From: Somniosus microcephalus
Lineage: Eukaryota
Direction: 5' to 3'
Assembly (NCBI GenBank): GCA_052327205.1
Contig: CM126214.1
Location: 31,248,001 to 31,312,000 of the forward strand
Length of the DNA stretch: 64,000 nt
Positions 1 to 12,237 of the stretch are shown here, one piece after another. Position numbers and translations under genes: made by a program. The stretch's first letter is position 1. Every line of letters starts with the position of its first letter. Under the pieces are notes generated by a model. It was not told the origin of the DNA and made no database searches. It saw only the letters and a program-made list of their open reading frames with translations.

Positions 1-875
1 CGGGAAGCCTCAGGCTACAGGACGATATAGATGGATTGGTCAGGTGGGCGGAACAGTGGCAAATGGAATTTAACCCTGAAAAGTGTGAGGTGATGCATTT
101 TGGACGGACTAACAAGGCAAGGGAAGACACAATGAATGGTAAGACCCTAGGAAAGACAGAGGATCAGAGGGACCTTAGTGTGCATGTACATAGATCCCTG
201 AAGGCAGAACAGGTGGATAAGGTGGTTAAAAAGGCATATGGGATACTTGCCTTCATTAGCCGGGGCATAGAATATAAGAGCAGGGAGGTTATGATGGAGC
301 TGTACAAAACGCTGGTTAGGCCACAGCTGGAATACTGTGTGCAGTTCTGGTCGCCACACTATAGGAAGGATGTGATTGCTTTGGAGAGGGTGCAGAGGAG
401 ATTTACCAGGATGTTACCTGGGCTGGAGCGCTTCAGCTATGAAGAAAGACTGGACAGGCTGGGGTTGTTTTCCTTGGAGCAGAGAAGGCTGAGTGGGGAC
501 CTGATTGAGGTATACAAAATTATGAGGGGCATAGATAGGGTGGATAGAAAGGAACTTTTCCCTTTAGTAGAGGGGTCAATAACAAGGGGGCATAGATTCA
601 AGGTAAGGGGCAGGCGGTTTAGAGGGGATTTGAGGAAAAACTTTTTCACCCAGACGGTGGTTGGAATCTGGAACTCACTGCCTGAAAGGGTGGTAGAGGC
701 AGGAACCCTCACAACATTCAAGAAGCATTTGGATGAGCACTTGAAATGCCATAGCATACAAGGCTACGGACCAAATGCTGGAAAATGGGATTAGATTAGA
801 CAGGGCTTGATGGCCGGCGCGGACGCGATGGGCCAAAGGGCCTCTTTCTGTGCTGTATAACTCTATGACTCTATG
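1..875 (+). mobile_element. CR1-clade LINE (HER1-like), 3' end with intact C-terminal ORF2
   Basis: ORF 36-794 has CR1 ORF2 C-terminal motifs ([45 protein letters not shown], FFTQxVVxxWNSLP). The 3' tail is GATGGGCCAAAGGGCCT...CTCTATGACTCTATG. Confidence 0.95.
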
Positions 876-1985
876 GATAAGAGTTTCAACAGCAGATGGG
901 CTAAGTCAAGGGCAGAGGTGGGCGAAGTTATGGAGGTAGAAGTAGGCGGTCTTTGTGATGGAAAGGATAGGTCAGAAGTTCAGCTCAGGATTGAATAGGA
1001 TACCGAAGTTGTAAACAGTCTGGTTCAGCATGAAGCAATGGTCAGGAAGGGGGATGGAATCGGTGGCAAGGGTACAGAGTTTATGGAGTGGGCCAAAGAC
1101 AATGGCTTCAGTCTTCCCAATGTTTAACTTAAGAAAATCGCTGCTCATCAAAGATTAAATGTCAAACGAGCAGTCTGAACAGCACAGCGGCAGTGGAGGG
1201 TCGAGGGACATGCTGAAGAGGTATAGCGGAGTCTCATCAGCATACATGTGGAGGCTGACCCCTTTGCTGTGGCTGATATGGCCAAGGACCAGCATGAAGA
1301 CGGGGAAGAGGAGGGGGCCATGGATAGATATTTGGGGGACTCCAAAGGTAGTGCAGGCGCGGGTAAAGAAACCATTGCTGGAGATGCGCTGGCTAGGACT
1401 GGAGAGGTAAAAGTGGAACTAGCAAGGACAGTCCCACTGAGCTGGACAACGGGGAAGAGGCATTAAAGGACGATGGTGTAGTCGGCCATGTCAAAGGCTC
1501 CAAAGAGAAAATACAGCATGATCACAGTCACAGAGGATACGATTTGTGACTTTAGTTAGGGGTGTTTTGGTGCTGTGGCAGGAGGGGAACCCGATTTGAG
1601 AGATTCAAACTTGGAGTTGCGTGAAAAATGGGCATGGATTTGGGAGGCATCAACACGTCCCAAGGACTTTAGAAAGGAAAGTGAGGTTGGAGATGGGTAG
1701 TAGTTTGCATGGACAGAGGGGTCAAGGGTGTTTTTTTGAATAGGGTGTGATTGTGGAGCTTTACAGGAGGAAGGGAGACAGTACCCAAGGAGAGGGTACC
1801 ATTGACATTGTCAGGTAGTATGGGGGCCAGGAAGGGAAGTTGGGTGCTCAAAAGTTTAGTGGCAATGGGGTCAAGGGAACAGGTGGTGGGCCTCAGGGGC
1901 AAGATGAGTTCAGAGAGAACATGAGGGGAGATAGGAGAGAAATTTAAAAAGGCACACCATGGGACTGGGCTGGGAACAAACCTTG
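876..1985 (-). mobile_element. Degenerate L2 LINE fragment (RT region)
   Basis: Minus-strand remnants include CSLDPIATKLL (ORF 1669-1995), HMYADE at about 1230-1250 and LKLNIGKTEAI-like coding near 1100-1135. Many frameshifts. Confidence 0.8.
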
Positions 1986-2589
1986 AAGTTATCACTATTG
2001 TAGAATGAGTTATTTATTCAGTGTGGATAGGGTTTAAAATTTATTTCAATATTCTATCCATAAATTATCCCACTTCAGAATTAGTCCTGTTGGGTTTTAA
2101 TTTCAAATTGAATTTACCTAAAATTGACAGAAATTAGTGAATCTGTACAATAATAGAAGAATAGTCATAGTTAGTTACGGACACAAATGGGTAGCCATGG
2201 TGCATTAGTGAGTTTGTGCCAGCCTCAATAAAAATAGCAACCTGGAAAAAAAACTCCAAGTCATTTAAGCAGTAAAAGATCTGGTATCCTGTATGAAAGA
2301 AATACTCCGAGCTAAATTTGGTTTAGTAGACAAACAGATTTTTACTCGAAATGTGTAGGCAGACAGGACAACTGAGCTACAAGACTATTGCTTAATCGAG
2401 GAGGTTTAGTTGAGATTCTGAAATGCAATAATCGAACATCAAAAATTCTGCTACTCACTTCCACCCACCTGTTATTTTGAACAAATTCAAACAAGTATTG
2501 ATACTTAAGCCAACTGCAATTAGTCCTACATACTCCAAAATGTACAGTAAGGACTAGTTGATCCACTGTTGCATTGCACACTTGGGAAT

Positions 2590-4300
2590 CAATGATGGTG
2601 GAGCCCAGCTCGTGAGTGCAAAAGACAAAGCTGAAGCGTTTGCAACCATCTTCAGCCAGAAGTGCCGAGTGGATGATCCATATCGGCCTCCTCCTGAGGT
2701 CCCCACCATCAGAGAAACCAGTCTTCAGCCAATTCGATTCACTCCACGTGATATCAAGAAACGGCTGAGCGCACTGGATACAGCAAAGGTTGTGGGCCCT
2801 GACAACATCCCGGCTATCATGCTGAAGGCTTGTGCTCCAGAACTAGTTGCGCCTCTAGCCAAGTTGTTCCAGTACAGCTACAGCACTGGCATCTATCCGA
2901 CAATGTGGAAAACTGCCCAGGTATGTCCTGTCCACAAAAAGCAGGACAAATCTAATCCGGCCAATTACTGCCCCATCAGTCTACTCTCAATCATCAGCAA
3001 AATGATGGAAGGTGTCATCGACAGTGCTATCAAGCAACACTTACTCACCAATAACCTGCGCACTGATGCCCAGTTTGGGTTCCGCCAAGACCACTCGGCT
3101 CCAGACCTCATTACAGCCTTGGTCCAAACATGGACAAAGGAGCTGAATTCCAGAGGTGAGGTGAGAGTGACTGCCCTTGACATCAAGGCAGCATTTGACC
3201 GAGTGTGGCATCAAGGAGCCCCAGTAAAACTGAAGTCAATGGGAATCAGGGGGAAAACTCTCCACTGGCTGGAGTCATACCTAGCACAAAGGAAGATGGT
3301 TGTGGTGATTGAAGGTCAATCATCACAGCCCCAGGACATCGCTGCAGGAGTTCCTCAGGGCAGTATCCTAGGCCCAACCATCTTCAGCTGCTTCATCAAT
3401 GGCCTTCCCTCCATCATAAGGTCAGAAATGGGGATGATCGCTGATGACTGCAGTGTTCAGTGCCATTCACAACTCCTCAGATAATGAAGCAGTCCATGCC
3501 CGCATGCAACAAGACCTGGACGACTTTCAGGCTTGGGCTGATAAGTGGCAGGTAACATTCTTGCCACACAAGTGCCAGGCAATGACTATCTCCAACAAGC
3601 GAGCGTCTAACCACAGCCCCTTAACATTCAATGGCATTACCATTGCCGAATCCCCCACCATCAACATCCTGAGGGGTCAGCATTGACCTGAAACTTAACT
3701 GGACCAGCCACATAAATACTGTGGCAACAAGAACAGGTCAGAGGCTTAAGTATTCTGTGGCGAGTGTCTCGCCTCCTGACTCCCCAAAGCCTTTCTACCA
3801 TCTACAAGGCACAAGTAAGGAGTGTGATGGAATACTCTCCACTTGCCTGGATGAGTGCAGCTCCAACAACACAAGAGGCTCGACACCATCCAGGACAAAG
3901 CAGCCCACTTAATTGGCACCCCATCTACCACCTTAAACATTCACTCTCTCCACCACCGGCGTACCGTGGCTGCAGTGTGTACCATCTACAAGGTGCACTG
4001 CAGCAACTCGCCAAGGCTTCTTCGGCAGCACCTCCCAAACCTGTGACCACTTCCAGCTAGAAGGACAAGGGCAGCAGGTGCATGGGAACATCACCACCTC
4101 CAAGTCACACAGCACCCTGACTTAGATGTATATCGCCGATCCTTCATCGTCGCTGGGTCAAAATCCTGAAACTCCCTACCCAACAGCAGTGTGGTAGTAC
4201 CTTCATCACACGGACTGCAGCAGTTCAAGAAGGTGGCTCACCACCACCTTCTCAAGGGCAATTAGGGATGGGCAATATCCCATAAACAAATTTAAAAAAA
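2590..4300 (+). mobile_element. 5'-truncated CR1-superfamily LINE (RT domain to 3' tail)
   Basis: ORF 2558-3484 has RT motifs PISLLSIISK, QFGFR, DIKAAFDRVWH, GVPQGSILGP and ADD. It continues through frameshifted ORFs (IYKAQVRSVMEYSPLAW) and ends in CTCAAGGGCAATTAGGGATGGGCAAT plus an A-rich tail. Confidence 0.92.
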
Positions 4301-6544
4301 AGACCAAGTGCTGTCTTCAGGTGAAGAGGGCAGAAGATAATTGTACCAGAGTGCACAGATGTAATTCAGTCCCCATTTTAATCAGGCATTCCATTATTTT
4401 TATATGATACTGTGACTTGATATTATTTATAGTTAAGTAGCAAAACTTGGGGCAATTTGAGAAGTAGAACTGGTTGGAGCAAAGGGATTTCTCTGCAGTA
4501 CATGCTGGCAACTTGGCAGACATAAAATGGAGGTGGTACAGGGCCAGCGCTGGCAAGAGGGTCCAATTACAGTGTGACAAGTTTACATAGACAGTTTCCA
4601 TTATAAATGTGGACATTATAGTGGAGGAAAAAATTGGCACAAAATTATGACAAAAACATAACAGGAAGTAACTTTTTGTAGACAGGAAATGCACACAGAT
4701 GTAAGATTTTTAATGTATTAAAGATATGCAAATCATATTGTAGAAATAGTAACTGCCATCAGAGAGCTAAACATGAGTGACGCTTATCAAATAAGCCAAA
4801 GACTTGAGCACTTTAATACACTGACAGTTACTTTTGTAACTTGAGAAACAACAGTTATCTGCAGCCTGAGAACTCCTGCCACAATTTGCTTTGTTAAACC
4901 CCTGTGCTAAATTAATTTTTAAAAAGGGAAATAATGTGGACCAAGGCAATGAATGCTATCGAATTCAACTCCTGCAGTGCCAAGTGTCAACAAAATATCC
5001 TTACTCTGAAATCACTATCCAGAGCATCATTTACACCCTATGTCGTTGACAGAATTGGGACCTCTTCTGAATTTCTTGCATCTCAATTTGTAGCCCCAAA
5101 CAGGTGACTTTTGAGAAAAAGGGATACCCCACTCCAATTGAAAAGGAATTCTGCAGGTGCTGAACTCAGTCCTTTCCTGGTTTCTTATCTCATTGTCACT
5201 TTGACAAAGTATTCCAATGACAAGTATTTCATCAGTCTTTCTAGCGTGTTTCATATTTCTTCAGAGCTGAAGAGTGTATTGACACAAGGTGACTTCTCAT
5301 ACACCTGTTCTGTTAATCGTTGAACAATCACTGCTTCTAGTAAAATAATTGATTGAAGTTTATGTTTGGGCCAATTCCATTGTCATTCCGCCTAAACAGA
5401 CCTTGCACTAAAAATAAATAAATAAAAACAAACATAGAAACTTCTCTACTTTAAAAAAAAGATAAACCCCGTGCTTTTCATGTTTTGTTCTCCTTTTCCC
5501 TGGTCTCACATTACTTGCGGTCCAGAGGGTGACCAGCTCTCAGCCCCCGGCAATGCTGCTTGGACCCTGTTGCTAGGAGATACGCAAAAGTGCTCCAATA
5601 ATTCTCCTGATGTTTGCGTTCCCTTTTGAGCAAATCAGGCAGTGTGTGGCTGTGAGCCCGTGCCCAATATCTGTGCATTGGTGATCCAACGTTGGTAAGG
5701 CAAAGGATTACAGACCCCCACTACAGTAGCTTGACGTCTTTATTCTCCACAATGTACCAAGTAGCAGTAATCCTGAAGCAGACTTTGCTATGGATAAATT
5801 TAAGTCTTTGTTACTAAATATTCAGGTCTCTCAGAGTCATACAGCACATAATCTGTGGAAGAAGACACCAACAGGGGAATAAAATCACTCCCGGTCAAGA
5901 GTTACAGGAGGAACCACATGGGTCAACTTTGGAGTCTGAACACTTGATTGCTTATCTACTCTGCTAGATTAATAGTTCCTCCTTCTAGCTGGACAACCAG
6001 GACCCATGCAAACACTCTAGAATCATTAGCACCCATGAAGAGATAAAGACATATCAACAACTCACTAAGAATTTAAACAACTGCCACTGGAAGAAATAGC
6101 CCTGCTTGATAATCGTTGCCCTTTGGAAAGCACCCATTCAAATTCAAATTGACCTCTGTCTGTTTGTTTCTCCCCCCACCCCAAGGTGAACAGGAACCCA
6201 GGAAAATGCCACCCTCTTCCTGTGCTTGGGAGGAAGGTTCCTTAACATTTTACAGTTCCTTGCAAATTAATTGCTTCAACTTCAGAGGGGCTTTGCTAGA
6301 ATTGTGAGAGACTTTTGACAGCTAAGTCTCTCCTAATCCCCACACCATCCAATAATTTTACAACTCCACTAAATTCCTCACCAGCTCAAAGCAGCTAAAG
6401 AATCCTTAAACGTGTTAAGGATCATGTCTGATACCAAGAATGCCCCTAGCACCGGGCAGTCAGCGACCTGACACGTGACAAGGATGGAGCAGAAATAGCT
6501 CTACATGAGCAAGCTCAGTATCGCAGCCCTGCCTTCGATCTAGT

Positions 6545-6687
6545 TCCTTTTCTCTCCAGTTTTGAAGAAGGGTCAAACCCGAAACGTCAACTCAAATTCC
6601 TCTCCACGGATGTTGCCTGACTTGCTGAGTTTTTCCAGCATTTTCTGTTGTTATTTCGGATTTCCAACATCTGCAGTATTTTGCTAT
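6545..6687 (+). mobile_element. Penelope-like element terminal-repeat fragment with minimal hammerhead motif
   Basis: TGAAGAAGGGTC..CCCGAAACGT followed by CCACGGATGTTGCCTGACTTGCTGAGTTTTTCCAGCATTTTCTG. Related copies lie at about 34520 and about 57225. Confidence 0.65.
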
Positions 6688-8176
6688 CGTACGAGGAAAA
6701 AGAATGTTCTTTCATCTTGCTGTGTAGTGTCTACAAACGCCTTGTATAATTTATATATTTTCATTCCTCTGTTTGGGTTTTTGCCTTCATACTGCCCATT
6801 TTCCTCTTCTGACTACTTCCAGCTGGCAATCTGCATAACTTGAATTTTATCAAAAGGGGCAATAGCTGCCTCTGATTTACCATTGGATTTCTCCAGGTAC
6901 CCTTTACACTAAATATAATTAAGGGAAACTGGTTATTGCTGCTCGTAAATATTTGATCCTGGAACTGAAAATTAATACTGGACCATTAAAGCACTCTGGA
7001 TACATTTCTCTCATCAATGTGCAACCTGAGTATGCCTTCATCTATACAGCTGGGCATATTTTATACTAACATAGTGAAGAATTTGGCTTTCTTATTTTGT
7101 TCTAAATTAACAGCTAAAACTACACTCCTGGTCAAAGTAAACATTTTCCAATGTTAGCTATATCTGCTATGACATGTTCCCATCTTGTAAGCTTAATAAT
7201 GTATATAGCATTTCTTTGTTCTTTTCTAATTGATGCACAAGGGGTATCTACATTAGGCTACGCCAATTTGAAATATCTTCAATCTGTATCTGTATCCTTT
7301 TTGCTACCACTGTTAATGGTCAACTATTTAACCCCTTCCTTTTTTTTGTTATAATTCTGGATTAATCCTGAGAATGTTTTGTATCCCTGTATGTTTAGAT
7401 AGCACTTCTGATATGTAATGGCTGACAAGGGCAGTGCTGCCAAATCCAGTAGTGCGCACAATGGTGCCTTTGCAATGTATATTTCTACTATTTGGTTTAT
7501 GTTAGCCTCTGCCCTATTAGAGGCTGCCTGTAACTATTCCCTCATTTTTTTGTTGTTGCTGTTTTAGTGTCAGAACACACAAAGAACTTGAAGATGTGTA
7601 TACTTTCCTGTAGGCCCAAATGGTCAATACATGATGCTTAAAATCTGTATGGTGAACATTACTTTTTGTGGATGGGAGCATGAATACTAGATCGGTCACA
7701 GAAAATTTGGGATGTTCTCTCCTTTCCGGATAAATGAGGGAAATGCGTGGCATGAAGAGAAAGAAGCAAAACAGAGGAATGAAAATGCATAATTACATAT
7801 AATGTGTAGACTCCACACAGCAAGGCAAGAGAAAGTTTGTTTTACTCTACTGAACTTGTTCACGATGTACAGTGAAGAGAGAGCACTAGGAATTGGAGGT
7901 CTAGCAATGAGGCTACTTGGGGATGGTCCTCGAGTTAGGAAGATAAAGGATGTTTATGAGAACTATGGGACTTGGGGTTGAAGGTGATAGTCTGCTGGAC
8001 TATGCAACATCCTCAAGATTCACTGATTTGACAGGATTTTTAGCAACATCCTCTTTGCATCATATCAGCGTCCACTGAGTTGCACGTGTGATCTGTGGCC
8101 TACAGGCATGCCCCAGTGATTTCCACCTGGAATTCAGCGACTGCTGGTCTGTAATCAGGAAGTGTTCAGGTAAGTC

Positions 8177-8705
8177 AACAACAACGACGTGTGTTTATAT
8201 AGTGCCTTTAATGTGGTAAAATGTCCCACGGCACTTCACAGGAGTATTATAAGGCAAAACATTTGACACCGAGCCACATAAGGAGAAATTAGGGCAGGTG
8301 ACCAAAAGCTTGGTCAAAGAGGTAGGCTTTAAGGAGCATCTTAAAGGAGGAAATAGAGGTAGAGAGGTTTAGGTAGGGAATTCCAGAGCTTAGGGCCGAG
8401 GCAACAGAAGGCACGGCCACCAATGGTTGAGCGATTATAATCGTGGATGCTCAAGAGGGCAGAATTAGAGGAGTGCAGGTTTCTTGGGGGGTTGTGGTGC
8501 TGGAGGAGTACAGAGATAGGGAGGGGCGAGGCCATGGAAGGATTTGAAAACAAAAATGAGAATTTTGAAATCGAGGCGTTGCTTAACCGGGAGCCAATGT
8601 AGGTCAGCGAGCACAGGGGTGATGGGTGAACGGGACTTGGTGCGAGTTAGGACACGGGCAGCCGAGTTTTTGATGACCTCAAGTTTACGTAGGGTAGAAC
8701 GTGGG
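8177..8705 (-). mobile_element. L2 LINE 3' end
   Basis: ORFs give NSAARVLTRTKSRSPITPVLADLHWLPVKQRLDFKIL and GGRAFCCLGPKLWNSLP. A (TTG)n-type tail is at about 8177-8187. Confidence 0.92.
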
Positions 8706-8919
8706 AAGCTCTCACCAAATTTCCTCCCCACCCTCCATGAAAGGAAGCCTCCTATTTTCGGCTCAATAAGTTATTATGCAGGGAGTTGCAGACGGGGATT
8801 CATATCATAGCATTACCTAAATGTGGTACAGGGTATTACCAGAAAACTCAGTAAAGTCTTAGTAGTCATTGCTTCAAAATCATCCACAGAACTTCAAAAT
8901 AGTTCCAATATTCAAAAGT

Positions 8920-10810
8920 GGAGTAATACATGAACCTGGTAATTACAGGCAATTACAGCCTAACATCCAAACGAGGTAAAATGATTGAGTACAGAATACT
9001 ACAACTGCGCATATAAAGAACAAAGTTATCATAAGGAGCAATCAGCTTGGTTTCAGAAATAGTGGAGCATGCCTTGCAAATTTACTCAAATTCTTTGCAA
9101 TGATAACTAGTGGATGAGGGCAATCCAGTAGATGTCATTTACTTGGATTTCCAAAACTCATCACGTGAGGTCAGAACAAGGCTCATAGAATAGTCGACAA
9201 ATTGTCTGAAGAGATTGAGAACTGACTTGGAAACAAGGCAGAGTGGAAAAAATCAACTGCAGAATTCCACTAGGACCCCTGCTATTTACCAGGTTTTTGA
9301 ATGATATGCAACAGGGTCTCTGTGGTAGTATTAAGTAACTTGCTGATGGCACAAAGCAACCTGGGAAGGTAATGAGTAGAAAGGTGACTATCTTCAGAGA
9401 GACTTGGACCAATTACATTGATGAGTTGAGATATGGCAAATGCATTTTAATATGGATAAAAGTAGATTCATGCAAAAAGGAACAGGTACCATAAATGTAC
9501 GTATAGCATGAAAGAATCTCCATTAGTAGAGGCTGGAAGGGAAAGGACTTGAGTAGTCATTAGATCAGTTTAAGGTAGTTATTAAAAAGACAGATCAGAT
9601 ACTAAGGTGCATGTGTAGGGCAAGTCAGAACAGTTATACTGACATTGTACAAATGAATGTTGAGACTATTTCTGGAGTATGGCATGCAGTTTTGATCACC
9701 CTACCTCAAAGATGATGATACACCAGAAAGGGTTCAGAGAACAGTGACCAGCGTGATTCCAGGCTTTAGGGGATTAAGTTATGCAGAAAAGCAGATGTGA
9801 CTTAAGTGATTTTTGCTGGGAAAAAACACAATACAGGAAACTCCTTGGTATCCGGCACCGACGGGACCGGTGTGTTGCCGGTTGATCAAAAATTCCGGAT
9901 GACGGAGAGGGTTATCTACCGAGGCTATTTTTAACAAAGAAAAATTTAAAAATCAAGAAATGTGCAGTTTACAGTAATTGGGTACTCACCTACAAAATGT
10001 TGTGTTAAATGGATGGTGGAAGATGCTTGATTAAGTACAGTACTGCCAGTTGAGGGTAATGCAATGCAATGACTACCAGTAGCGTGGGAGACACACAGTA
10101 CCCCTGTAAAATGGTAGATCAGAAGAGACTACCGGCAGCGCGGGCGAGTCAGACTCCTGTTACAGGGGTATTGAGGTGTTCTGACTTCTGACAGCGCCAA
10201 GAAGCTGAGTAGTGGCAGTTTGGAGAACTACCCCCACTGACTAACTCGGCCACCGCGGGAGACTCAGACTCGGCAACATTGCCAGTTATTGAGGTGTTGT
10301 TTTCGGAGTGAGAATTTTGCCGGTTAATAGAGAATTCTGGATATTTAGGCGGCGTTTAAACAAGAATTTCCTGTATAATAATGGATGGTATAGATGAAGT
10401 GGAACTAAACAAATTATCTTGGACAATGAACATAAAGACTAGATGGCATAAATGCAAAAATTCCTAGAGAAGGCAGCTGATTCAGGATCACGTGGAATCT
10501 TTAAAAAAAAGGAGCTGGATTCCACCCTCTTTCCGGTACATGTCCTAACAACCTCTGTGTTAAAAAAAACTCCTACCATCACCCACCCTTCCTTCTTTTG
10601 GTGATGTTCTTACATTTGTGGCCTCTGGTTATTGACTCACCTTAGAGATATTTAACCACACTGCTTGATTTTTTTTTCCAGCGTAAGTTACGAAAGAAAC
10701 ATAATGTCCCTAAAGTAGGGGATTAATAACTGGTGCTGGAGGGAGGTCCAAGATAGAATAGCTAGACATGGACTTTAGATGAGAAGGCTACATGGGCTGA
10801 CTGGCCTGAT
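8920..10810 (+). mobile_element. Old degenerate CR1 LINE, interrupted by a DNA transposon at 9834-10373
   Basis: Decayed motifs: NYSLTS, DVIYLDFQ (about 9130), LGPLLF, WQMHFN, LEYGMQF, ERVQR, then IMDGIDEV and TR-H after the insertion. Confidence 0.75.
9834..10373. mobile_element. Non-autonomous Tc1/mariner-pogo (Tigger-like) element
   Basis: TA|CAGGAAACTCCTTG ... CAAGAATTTCCTG|TA, i.e. imperfect terminal inverted repeats flanked by TA duplications. CR1 sequence resumes on both sides. Confidence 0.75.
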
Positions 10811-11476
10811 CAGATTTATTTTAAAGGTAAGTATAGTGTGCTGGCACGAGTGCATTTCTTTAAAAATATATATTTTTCAACACCATTTCAGACCATAATT
10901 TTGCTGAGCTTTGGTAAAGGCATAACATTGGCAAGTACTGGTAAAACTGCTATATTATTACTACAAAGAGGAGAGGCCTTGTGGCAAGCAAGGAGCTGGC
11001 AGCCACGCTTCTTGGCTGCTACTTTTACACTCCTGCTGGTGAAAGTGACCCTGCATTGTACACTGGGTGCTTTTCTCAGCAGAAGAGTAGATCCATGAAT
11101 ACACAGAGCTGCTTTAAGAACAGCTCTATTCAGCAAATTAGGAACTATAACTAGTTACAGCGTGGCACCAGCTGAGCTCAGTGAACAAGTCACTGCCTTC
11201 TCTTTTGGTGAAAAAACGCTGTATGGCGTAGAGAGACATAACGTGAAGAGGGGGAAAAATGAAGCGAGGCAATGTTGCTGTGATAGCACCACTTCTGCCG
11301 TGTATATGCCAGCTCGGAGCCAAGAGAAGAAGCAAATCATCTAATATGTAGACTTTAGAGATATATTTAATTTTTTTGTTCAAAATGTGTGTGGCAGAAG
11401 GAATATGTATGAAAGAGCAGTTGTTTACATTATAGGAAATCCCACTCATGATGCCGAGCTCATCGCCCACTCATAC

Positions 11477-11620
11477 CTGTGGTGATTGTGGGTTGTGAGG
11501 TTTGATGTCACTCCGTAGAGTCGTTTTCATAAACCACTGCTCATTATTAAATTGTATGTAGCTTTTTTTTTTGCCGAAGCAGCTAGTGACTGTGTAAAAC
11601 AGCATTAAAAGGAAATATAA
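11477..11620 (-). other. Candidate 144-nt cassette or alternative coding exon in NFI intron 1
   Basis: On the minus strand: TCTTTTTTGCATTTTAG acceptor, 48 open codons (LYFLLMLFYTVTSCFGKKKSYIQFNNEQWFMKTTLRSDIKPHNPQSPQ), CAG|GTATGA donor. Phase 0/0 matches NFI intron 1. No transcript evidence. Confidence 0.3.
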
Positions 11621-12237
11621 CTAAAATGCAAAAAAGATTTGAAGTGTTGCTGAATTACTTTTTAACCGTACCTTGATACTGAAAGCAGTAGTGATCCAAC
11701 ATAAGCAATAATGACGAACGCACAAAGAATGTACCGGCAAAATTCAGATTCTGTTTTCAGCAGCAATGCAAAATTTCTTAACATTTCCTTTGAAGAAATA
11801 TGTTAAAACAAACTGTCCTGTTTCATTAAAATGCATGGCTTCTAACATTAGGCAAACAATTTGAGAATGATGAGTAGCACAATACATTTTAGAATCAATT
11901 AAACTGAAGCAAAATCGGGTTTAGAATTAATTTATCTTTGCTTAGAAGCAACAGCTTTTATCATTCTTTTGCAGGCTACTAAAATCACAGCACATTCAAA
12001 TTGGGCCTAAGAATCATTTCTGTTTCCCTCGTGCATAAGTATCTATGATACCCCTTTTTACAGGACCTGAATACTGGTAGTTTAGCTTAACGTCCCCATT
12101 AGGAAATTGCTAAAAACAGAGCTACTTTGCAATCTAATCTTTTTTTCTCGACATTTTACTCAACAATAAATAGCTTTTAGTTTTCATTGTAGCCTGAGTG
12201 TGAAGTATGCCGACCACAAGTAAATGGCAGAGAAGTT

